Shown: in pieces, positions 47,518-55,213 of the stretch
Position numbering within the stretch: the first letter of the stretch is position 1
How the letters are laid out: the number at the start of each line of letters is the position of its first letter
Source: Polyangiaceae bacterium
GTDB taxonomy: Bacteria; Myxococcota_A; Polyangia; Polyangiales; Polyangiaceae
Length of the DNA: 64,000 bases
Direction: 5' to 3'
Assembly (NCBI GenBank): GCA_044376115.1
Contig: JBILLK010000009.1
Span: 64,001 to 128,000 of the forward strand
Program-made: the position numbers and the translations under genes
The notes under the pieces: model-generated
Told to the model about the DNA's origin: nothing
What the model saw: only the letters and a program-made list of their open reading frames with translations
The model's database searches: none

Positions 47518-49122
47518 TCAGTCGCGCACCACGACGCGTGTCGGTGGTCCGCGATCCTCGGTTGAACGAACCCCGTGCCAGTCTTTCGGCAGCGGTGGAT
47601 CCGTCCATTCGAATACCCACTTCGAGTCTTTGGGCGAGAGGTTGACGCAACCGCCGCTCTTCAGCTCACCAAAGGCGTCATGCCAATAGGCGCCGTGCAG
47701 CGCGTGAGGACCGTGGAAGTTCTGCACGTACTGCACCTCGGAGTGCACGATGTTCGAATCGCTGCTCGATACCATGGTGGCCCAGCGAAACTTGCCATCG
47801 ACGCGAAAAGTGCCAGTCGGAGTCGAGGCCGTCGAGACAGGATCGCGACCGGGGATGGGCGTTCCGCCGCGGCCAGGCGAGATCAGCGTAGCAAACACTG
47901 GCGTCTCGTTCTCGTACGCGACGAGCGTCCCACCGAACACCGACACGTCGAGCCAGGTTTTGCGGGTCTGCACCGCTTCGGTCTTTTTGTAAGGTACTTC
48001 AGCGCGTTTCCGCGCGATCGCAGCGTCCGCTTCGCGCAGCCACAGGTCCGAGTCGCGCACCTTGAGATAGGCGATCGTTTCGTGGACCTTGCGCTCCTCC
48101 GAAAGCATCACGTGCGACAGCCGGGGAAAGCTCGTACCTGTCTCTTGGAACGTCTCTCCGATCCAGCGGTATTGCGGACGATCCTTCTTTCGGATGAAGG
48201 CGATCGGAAGTTGGATTTTCTCGCTGAGTACAACCCCCTCAAATTCGGAACGCGGGTAGGGCCGTACGCGGTCTTTGGGCACCCAGGCGTGGTCGCTGGT
48301 GTAGAGCCAGGTCCGCCCATTGGCGTCGTCATAAGCCTTCGACCATGCCACGGTGGAACCGCGGATCACCCGGGGGCGCGCCTCCCGCACCAAGCCGCCG
48401 AACGAGGGCAGGCTGGGTAGCGACACTCCGGCAGGCTTCAAGTCTAGCAACGCGTAAAGCGGGTCACTCGCGTCGGACTTCGCCTCACGCAGCGCAGCGA
48501 TCTTGGTTTGATGCTGTTCGAAGTCCCACTCCTGTTTGCGTTGTTGAGCGAGCGAGGGTGGTTGCTCAAAACGCGGAGTGCCCAACGATTCGCCGTAGTC
48601 GTAGGGGAAGGGGTTGTTTTCGAGGCCAGCGTGGGTGCGTAGCGCGACGTATTCGGGGTCGTTGGGATCGAGCGTAGTCTCTGCGCCCAGACAGACGTAG
48701 CCGTCGGGCTCGACGCGGTACCATTCTTGGCAGCCGGGTCCGATCATCTTCGCCGTCTCGCGTGAGCCGCCATACAAACGAACCGAGCCGCCAAGCGTCA
48801 GGTAACCAACCCAACCTCGACCGCTTTGCGGCGCTCGTTGAATCCACACGAAGCGAGCTTTGGCGTAGATGCGGTCTCCCGCCTCGGCAGGAGCTGGTTC
48901 CGCCGCTGGGGCTGCGCTTGCGGCCGGGACGGCTTTCGCCGAGATCGACGCGGATGCGCTGACCACAGCCGTGGGGAGCGACGCACTCGACGAGGCCGCT
49001 TCACGGCTGGAGGGAGCGTCTCCTGGCGGATTCTCCGAGCCGCGCTCGGCCTCGCTAGCGCAGGCGGTCGCGAGCGCGCCGATCGCCAGCCAGAATCGGA
49101 AGAGGGGCCTCAAACTGCTCAT
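47518..49122 (-). CDS. L,D-transpeptidase (YkuD) lipoprotein; start uncertain
   Basis: Lipobox ATAC; TPTGTF, ALHGAYWH..FG..KSGGCVNL. Confidence 0.88.
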   Translation of the reverse strand: MSSLRPLFRFWLAIGALATACASEAERGSENPPGDAPSSREAASSSASLPTAVVSASASISAKAVPAASAAPAAEPAPAEAGDRIYAKARFVWIQRAPQSGRGWVGYLTLGGSVRLYGGSRETAKMIGPGCQEWYRVEPDGYVCLGAETTLDPNDPEYVALRTHAGLENNPFPYDYGESLGTPRFEQPPSLAQQRKQEWDFEQHQTKIAALREAKSDASDPLYALLDLKPAGVSLPSLPSFGGLVREARPRVIRGSTVAWSKAYDDANGRTWLYTSDHAWVPKDRVRPYPRSEFEGVVLSEKIQLPIAFIRKKDRPQYRWIGETFQETGTSFPRLSHVMLSEERKVHETIAYLKVRDSDLWLREADAAIARKRAEVPYKKTEAVQTRKTWLDVSVFGGTLVAYENETPVFATLISPGRGGTPIPGRDPVSTASTPTGTFRVDGKFRWATMVSSSDSNIVHSEVQYVQNFHGPHALHGAYWHDAFGELKSGGCVNLSPKDSKWVFEWTDPPLPKDWHGVRSTEDRGPPTRVVVRD

Positions 49123-49238
49123 GTTCGCGCTTGCCGGCCCCAGCATGGCACGCCAGCCCAACGAACCCAAGTTGCCCGCGAACGCAAACAGCGGATGAGC
49201 ATTGATCCACGGCCAGGTCTTTGGGAGAACACACCGAC

Positions 49239-50387
49239 ATGGACTTCGAGCTGAGCGACACCCAGGCCCTGGTTCGGGACACGACCCGCGACTTCGTTCA
49301 AAAGCGGCTGATGCCGGTCGCCGCCGAGCTCGATCAGAAAGAGCGCTTTCCGGCCGCTGAACTCAAGGCCCTCGCCGAACTCGGCATGATGGGGGTCAAT
49401 ATCCCGGAAGAGTTGGGGGGCTCTGCTGCCGGTGTGGTTGCCTATTCGCTCGCGATGACGGAGGTCGCGCGGGGCTGCGCTTCGACGGCCGTAACCATGG
49501 CGGTGACCAACATGGTCGGCGAAGTGATCGCTGCCTTCGGAAGCGAAGAACAACGCAGCAAATACGTGCCGAAGCTGACCTCAGGCGAATACGTCGCGGG
49601 CTCTTTTGCACTGAGTGAACCGGAGGCGGGGAGTGACCCCGGTTCGATGCGAACCACTGCGCGCCGCGATGGTGATTACTTCGTGCTCGACGGGCCCAAG
49701 CAGTGGATCACCAGCGGCGCGCACGCCGGCGTTTTCGTGGTGTGGGCGCGCACCGGAGAACAGTCTGCGGGTACGCGAGCGATCAGCTGTTTCCTGGTCG
49801 AGGGAGGTACGCCCGGCCTACGCATCGGCAAACACGAAGACAAGATGGGCATCCGCGCATCCAACACGGTCGCGCTCAGCTTCGAAGGTGTACGCATTCC
49901 CGCCTCCGCTCTGCTCGGTGAGTTGAACGGTGGTTTCAAGATCGCGATGATGGCGCTCGACGGTGGGCGCATCGGGATCGCCAGCCAAGCGATCGGTATC
50001 GCCACCGCTGCACTCGAGGAAGCCACCGCATACGCCAAAGACCGGCGTCAGTTTGGCCGACCGATCGGCGACTTCCAGGGCATTCAATGGCAACTCGCAG
50101 ATTGTAAGACCGAGCTCGAGGCGGCCCGCGTCCTCGTGCTACGCGCGGCTTGGTTGAAAGAAAACGGCAGGCCTTTTTCGAAGGAGGCGGCGATGGCAAA
50201 GCTGTACGCCAGCGAGGCCTCCAATCGCATCGTGGACCGCTGTCTGCAGATTCACGGTGGCTACGGCTACGTGAAGGAGTTCCCAATCGAGCGGCACTAT
50301 CGCGACGCGCGCGTCACCCGTATCTACGAGGGGACGAGCGAGGTGCAGCGGGTCGTAATTGCGCGCCAGGTCACCGCTGCCAAGTGA
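49239..50387 (+). CDS. Acyl-CoA dehydrogenase
   Basis: FALSEPEAGSD, KQWITSG, KMGIRAS, LDGGRIGIA, QIHGGYGY, IYEGTSE. Confidence 0.93.
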   Translation: MDFELSDTQALVRDTTRDFVQKRLMPVAAELDQKERFPAAELKALAELGMMGVNIPEELGGSAAGVVAYSLAMTEVARGCASTAVTMAVTNMVGEVIAAFGSEEQRSKYVPKLTSGEYVAGSFALSEPEAGSDPGSMRTTARRDGDYFVLDGPKQWITSGAHAGVFVVWARTGEQSAGTRAISCFLVEGGTPGLRIGKHEDKMGIRASNTVALSFEGVRIPASALLGELNGGFKIAMMALDGGRIGIASQAIGIATAALEEATAYAKDRRQFGRPIGDFQGIQWQLADCKTELEAARVLVLRAAWLKENGRPFSKEAAMAKLYASEASNRIVDRCLQIHGGYGYVKEFPIERHYRDARVTRIYEGTSEVQRVVIARQVTAAK

Positions 50388-50424
50388 GTGACAAGTCGGC
50401 GGCAGCGAGCTTCAGGAGCATCTC

Positions 50425-51120
50425 ATGAGCTTGTGTTGGGTGGTAACCGGAGCCAACCGTGGCATCGGGCTCGAGTTCGCAAAGCAGCTCATTGCGCGTG
50501 GTGATCGCGTGATCGCAACCGTGCGCGACGCGAAGCGCGCCGGTGCGCTTCGTGATATGGCGCAGGCAGCTGCTGGTACCCTCGAGATCTTCGCCTGCGA
50601 TACAGCAAGCGATAGCGGCGTCGAGTCGTTCTGCCGCGCGGTCGGTGAGCGCGCGGTCGACGTCCTGATCAACAATGCCGGCGTGATCGGAAGTATGACC
50701 AGCCTCGAGGAGCTGGACTTTGCTGACATCACGCACACCTTCGACGTGAACGCGCTCGGACCCTTGCGCGTGACACGCGGCCTCCTAGGGGCGCTCGAAC
50801 GGTCCGCTACCCGACGCGTCGTTTCGATCTCGAGCGGCATGGGCTCGATCGCTGACAACGCCAACGGCGGCGCCTATGGCTACCGTTTGTCGAAGGCCGC
50901 TCTCAACATGGCCAATCGTTCGATGAGCGTCGACCTCCGCGAGCGCGGCTTCACCTGCGTCGTGCTCAATCCAGGCTGGGTTCAAACCGACATGGGCGGC
51001 TCGCAGGCTCCGCTGCCGGTGGACCGCTCGGTGCGCAGCATGCTCGACCTGATCGACAGACTCACCCCGCAGGACAACGGCCGCTTCTTGAACGTGACCG
51101 GTAACGACTTTCCCTGGTGA
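50425..51120 (+). CDS. CsgA/C-factor-like short-chain dehydrogenase
   Basis: TGANRGIG, LINNAG, SSGMGSI.DN..GGAYGYR.SKAALN, PGWVQTDMGG, terminal PW. Confidence 0.85.
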   Translation: MSLCWVVTGANRGIGLEFAKQLIARGDRVIATVRDAKRAGALRDMAQAAAGTLEIFACDTASDSGVESFCRAVGERAVDVLINNAGVIGSMTSLEELDFADITHTFDVNALGPLRVTRGLLGALERSATRRVVSISSGMGSIADNANGGAYGYRLSKAALNMANRSMSVDLRERGFTCVVLNPGWVQTDMGGSQAPLPVDRSVRSMLDLIDRLTPQDNGRFLNVTGNDFPW

Positions 51121-51189
51121 GCCAGGACGACGGCGTAAATTAGTGTTGCGAAAGCGGCGCTGGATTGCGCCACACGCTAGGCTTCTCGG

Positions 51190-51351
51190 GTGAAGAAGAT
51201 CATCAAAGAGATCCTGACGCTCGCGTGGAAAGTCCTCCGCTCCTACGTGTGGAAGTGGATTCGGCCTCGCTTGGTCAAGTACTTGGTGCTCGCCGTGATG
51301 GCGCTTGCAGCGCTCGCGGTGGTTGGTTTCTTTGTGGCCGCGAGCTGCTGA
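51190..51351 (+). CDS. Small membrane protein (53 aa, below the ORF-track cutoff)
   Basis: GTG...TGA: MKKIIKEILTLAWKVLRSYVWKWIRPRLVKYLVLAVMALAALAVVGFFVAASC; most codons end in G/C. Confidence 0.6.
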   Translation: MKKIIKEILTLAWKVLRSYVWKWIRPRLVKYLVLAVMALAALAVVGFFVAASC

Positions 51352-51396
51352 ACGTGGCGTGCGCAGGGCTAGCGAGTTCGCCCAGGCGAACTCGCG

Positions 51397-52101
51397 CTAG
51401 CGAGTGAACGTGAGCTTGGCCGCGAAGCTGCCTGGCGAGTTGAGCTTCACGCTCGCGAGCCCGTCTTTCACGCAGCGCGCGGCCTTCTCACTGAATTCGT
51501 CTTCGCCCGACACGCCGACACTGGCGATGCTGCCGTCGGTCTCGACGATCACGGTGGCGGTCAGTGGAGCCGCTTTGGCGGCCGCCTGACATTCGGCGAG
51601 CACCGACTTCGCTGCACCGAGGTTCTTCCCTGCGTCGGCTTCGCTCCAGGCAACCGGCGGCCTTACGCCCGAAGGCGGGTCAAAGTCGAACTGGTTCTCC
51701 GCGATACCGACCTTGCCCCCGATGGCGCCAGGCCAGGATTGCGCGCGCAGCACGCCGAGCATGCAGTCTTCGGTAGCGCGGTCTCCCAGCGTGGACTTCT
51801 TCAAGAAGGACTTCACCACGCTGCCCGACGTATCCACGTGAATCACGACTCGGGCAGTGCCGCTGACTGCGGGCAACTTGCTCTTCGTCATGCACGCCAC
51901 GAGCCCGTCGTTCGCGCGACCGAAGACCTCGTTGACGCGCGATTCATTGAGCGCTCCAACCTCCGCCTCCATCGAGAGCCCCTCTCCAGGGGAGCGGCGC
52001 TTACTCGGACCCGTAGCTTCAGGATCCTCGGCTGGTTGGTTGGCCGAGCTGGCGCAGCCCAAGAACGAAAGTGCGAGGAACAAGCTGCGAAGACCGTGCA
52101 T
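51397..52101 (-). CDS. Lipoprotein with two AgmX/PglI/TonB-C-like domains
   Basis: Lipobox FLGC; VAC...G...V.I.V...G.V...STLGD...EDC...WP pattern occurs twice. Confidence 0.65.
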   Translation of the reverse strand: MHGLRSLFLALSFLGCASSANQPAEDPEATGPSKRRSPGEGLSMEAEVGALNESRVNEVFGRANDGLVACMTKSKLPAVSGTARVVIHVDTSGSVVKSFLKKSTLGDRATEDCMLGVLRAQSWPGAIGGKVGIAENQFDFDPPSGVRPPVAWSEADAGKNLGAAKSVLAECQAAAKAAPLTATVIVETDGSIASVGVSGEDEFSEKAARCVKDGLASVKLNSPGSFAAKLTFTR

Positions 52102-52122
52102 ACAACCTCAATACGACGAACT

Positions 52123-53268
52123 TCAGCCGCGCAGCAACGAGTTCGCCACGACGACCCGCTGGATCTCGCTGGTTCCCTCGTAGATCTCGGTGATGCGTGC
52201 GTCGCGGTAGTGGCGCTCCACTGCGTACTCCGTGCTGTAGCCGTACCCACCGTGGATCTGGATCGCCTTGTGCGTGACCCGCGTCGCCATCTCCGATGCA
52301 AACAGCTTGGCCATCGATGCCTCTGCCGTGTGCTTCTTCCCTCGATCTTTGGTGCTCGCCGCCGAGAGCACCAACAGCCGCGCGGCCTCCAACTCGGTCG
52401 CCATGTCGGCCAGCATGAACTGAATGGCTTGGTGGTTGAGGATGGGCCCACCGAACGACTGTCGCTCTTTGGCGTAGGTGCAGGCCGCGTCGAAGGCGGC
52501 TTGTGCGATGCCCACGGCCTGGGCCGCAATTCCAATGCGGCCGCCGTCGAGCGTGGCCATCGCGATCTTGAAGCCCCCGCCGACCTCGCCGAGCACGTTC
52601 TCCTTCGGGATGCGGACGTTGTCGAAAAAGATGGTCGCCGAATGGGCAGCGTGGATGCCGAGCTTGTGGTCGGGCGCCGCTACCGAAAATCCGGGCATAC
52701 CTCGTTGCACGATCAGGGCCGTGTGCTTCGGCTTGACCGGATCGGCGGTGGAGATGGCGAAGACCACGATGTACTCGGCATGCGGCCCGTTGGTGATCCA
52801 GTTCTTGGCGCCGTTGACGATGAAGCTACCGTCCGGCTGCTGCTCGGCGAGGGTCTTCATCGTGCGAGCGTCGGAGCCGCTCGACGGCTCGGTTAGGCCA
52901 AACGCGCCGAGCACTTTGCCGCTAGCGACGTCGCTCAGAATGCGCGCCTTTTGTTCGTCGGTGCCGAACTTGTAAAGCGGGTCACAGAAGAGCGAGTTGT
53001 TGACGCTCATGATCACACCGCAGGAAGCGCAGGCGCGGGAGATCTCCTCCACCACACTCGCGTAGGCGACCGCGCTCAGCCCGGAGCCGCCGTACTCTGT
53101 TGGGATGCACATGCCGAGGAAGCCGAGCTCGGCGAGCTGAGCGACGATCTCGCTCGGCCAACGCGCTGACTTGTCCAGCTCGGCTGCCTTGGGCTCGATC
53201 TCGCGGCGAGCGAAATCACGAGCGCTGTTCTTGACCAGAATTTCGTCTTCGGTGAGGTCGAGTTCCAT
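52123..53268 (-). CDS. Acyl-CoA dehydrogenase (short-chain/butyryl type)
   Basis: FGLTEP.SGSD, KNWITNG, KLGI, LDGGRIGIA, QIHGGYGY, EIYEGTSE. Confidence 0.93.
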   Translation of the reverse strand: MELDLTEDEILVKNSARDFARREIEPKAAELDKSARWPSEIVAQLAELGFLGMCIPTEYGGSGLSAVAYASVVEEISRACASCGVIMSVNNSLFCDPLYKFGTDEQKARILSDVASGKVLGAFGLTEPSSGSDARTMKTLAEQQPDGSFIVNGAKNWITNGPHAEYIVVFAISTADPVKPKHTALIVQRGMPGFSVAAPDHKLGIHAAHSATIFFDNVRIPKENVLGEVGGGFKIAMATLDGGRIGIAAQAVGIAQAAFDAACTYAKERQSFGGPILNHQAIQFMLADMATELEAARLLVLSAASTKDRGKKHTAEASMAKLFASEMATRVTHKAIQIHGGYGYSTEYAVERHYRDARITEIYEGTSEIQRVVVANSLLRG

Positions 53269-53280
53269 ACGGGATCTGGG

Positions 53281-53568
53281 CTAGTTGCTGAGCAATCGTA
53301 GGATGACGATGGCCAGGCCAACGACAAGGCCTCCTACCACGAGCGCGAGCAAGACGAACCCGAACTTCCGCCGTCTCCGAATCTTTGCCAGGCTTTGCTG
53401 GTGCTCCGCAAATGCGCGCGAAGCGTGAAAGCTCTTGGGCGCCTCATACGGATCCAGTTTGAGCCGAATTACAGGCGAATCACCAGACTCTGGGGGCTTT
53501 GAGTCCGCCGTGCGAGCCGGGGCTGCGACGCCGCCCGGTTCTTTGCTAGAGCTGCCTTGTGGATTCAC
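53281..53568 (-). CDS. Small single-TM hypothetical protein
   Basis: RRRRK followed by a hydrophobic helix; stop lies 12 nt upstream of the ACAD start. Confidence 0.55.
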   Translation of the reverse strand: MNPQGSSSKEPGGVAAPARTADSKPPESGDSPVIRLKLDPYEAPKSFHASRAFAEHQQSLAKIRRRRKFGFVLLALVVGGLVVGLAIVILRLLSN

Positions 53569-54047
53569 AGACTGCAAGCAAGCCTATCAGAATCGTTAAC
53601 GTCGTGTGTGCCGGCCCCGAGCATCGCGACGCACTCGTGGCGGGCAACGCAGCAATGGCGCTGGAAACCGAGGGCAAGCAGCTCGACGTTGCGGTCCTAC
53701 GGCGGGGAGTCGAGCGTGTGCTGGAGGACCCTTCCAAAGGCTTCTACCTCGTGGCGCTCGATTCCGCCGGCGAAGTCCTCGGACAGCTGATGATCACCTT
53801 CGAGTGGAGCGACTGGCGCGCCGGCGACATCTATTGGATACAGTCGGTCTTTGTCGTTCCAGCGGCGCGACGAAGCGGTGTGTATCGAGCGCTCCATAGC
53901 CATGTGCGGACCCTCGCTCGCGCGCACGGTAACGTAGTTGCGATACGGCTCTACGTTGAGCGGCACAACACCGCCGCCATTGCGTCCTACAAGCAGGTGG
54001 GAATGAAACCATCAATCTATGAACTCATGGAACAGGAAGACATTTGA
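53559..54047 (+). CDS. GNAT family N-acetyltransferase; start uncertain
   Basis: MALETE, TFEWSDWR...WIQSVFV...RR.GVY, RLYVE..N..A...Y...GM. Confidence 0.88.
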   Translation: MDSQTASKPIRIVNVVCAGPEHRDALVAGNAAMALETEGKQLDVAVLRRGVERVLEDPSKGFYLVALDSAGEVLGQLMITFEWSDWRAGDIYWIQSVFVVPAARRSGVYRALHSHVRTLARAHGNVVAIRLYVERHNTAAIASYKQVGMKPSIYELMEQEDI

Positions 54048-54107
54048 CGCTACGCACGGTAGCCTTGTGGGCTCGTTGTTGGGCAGTCCGTTACCGCTGA
54101 GGTCGAC

Positions 54108-54320
54108 ATGTCTTTCGCCATCCTGCTGCTGATCCCGATTGTCGCGCTCTACGGGTGGTCGTGGATCCTGTTCGCGTTCGTGACGCCGCCGTACTTCTTG
54201 ACGGGGCTCTACTATCCGCCGTCGTTGCTCTATTTCATGGGCAATCGCACGGCGATGGTCTTCATGGGCATTCTGCTAGGCGTGATCGCTCCGCTGCTCT
54301 TATCGATGTTCGCGTTGTAG
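54108..54320 (+). CDS. Small hydrophobic membrane protein
   Basis: GAGG RBS; 70 aa, nearly all hydrophobic. Confidence 0.55.
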   Translation: MSFAILLLIPIVALYGWSWILFAFVTPPYFLTGLYYPPSLLYFMGNRTAMVFMGILLGVIAPLLLSMFAL

Positions 54321-54361
54321 TCCGGCTTGCCAGCCGGCCTCAGTTGCTCGAACATTCGGCC

Positions 54362-55141
54362 ATGCTTTGTCGCAACACCGTCCTTTCTGCTTTGCTCGCG
54401 CTGACTGCTTGTAGCGCTGATGTCACCGCTCCACCCGGCGACAGTGATGGTTCTGGGGGAACCACCACTCAGGGCGGTAGCGCCCAAGGCGCTGGCTCCC
54501 CGCAAGGTGGAGCTGCTCAGGGGGGCGCTGCGCAAGGCGGAGCCGCTGTTGGTGGTTCCTCACAAGGTGGCTTTGGTCAAGGCGGTGCCATCACCACCGG
54601 GCCCATGAACGCTTGTGAAACCGTGTGCGGCAACGTTGAGACTTGCTTCGGACTCAGCTGCCAGCAAGCGGGGATAGATTGCAATTCAGAGGCTGGCCAG
54701 TGCTTGGGTAATTGCCTGGTAGACGCCGACTGCATGGAGCTTGCGGCCGCTGCCCAAGGTAACTTTGACCCCGAAACTGGCGCCTGCGTGAATGCTTGTA
54801 ACGGTATGGGGCAAGGCGGCGGCATGGGCCAAGGCGGCGGCATGGGTCAGGGCGGTGGCATGGGCCAAGGCGGCGGCGGCTCCCAATTTGCCTGCGGGCA
54901 ATGCGTATTCCAAAACGGCTGCACCGGGCCTTGTCAGGGCAACCCGGATTGCCAAGGCTGGTTCGGCTGTGTCTCCAATTGTAACGATCCGCAATGCGTT
55001 ACGGATTGCACCGCGCAGTTCCCACAAGCCGCAGACGAGGCCGCCGAGATCTTCGATTGTGCCTGCGTAAACTGTGAAAACGAGTGCGCCTCGACTTCCG
55101 ACCCGTGCAATCAAGGCAGCGGAGCCGGAGGCGCGCCCTAA
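54362..55141 (+). CDS. Cys-rich lipoprotein with QGG repeats
   Basis: Lipobox LTAC; AQGG repeats; CxxxC modules separated by GQGGGM repeats. Confidence 0.8.
   Translation: MLCRNTVLSALLALTACSADVTAPPGDSDGSGGTTTQGGSAQGAGSPQGGAAQGGAAQGGAAVGGSSQGGFGQGGAITTGPMNACETVCGNVETCFGLSCQQAGIDCNSEAGQCLGNCLVDADCMELAAAAQGNFDPETGACVNACNGMGQGGGMGQGGGMGQGGGMGQGGGGSQFACGQCVFQNGCTGPCQGNPDCQGWFGCVSNCNDPQCVTDCTAQFPQAADEAAEIFDCACVNCENECASTSDPCNQGSGAGGAP
54805..54880 (+). repeat. 18-bp coding tandem repeat (MGQGGG x4)
   Basis: ATGGGNCARGGCGGYGGC units. Confidence 0.8.
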
Positions 55142-55213
55142 CGCGATACCGCGCGAAGCGGCGGCTTCGCTGCAGTCGCGTTCGAGCAAGCGCGTCGGCG
55201 AAGGAGTTGCGAA

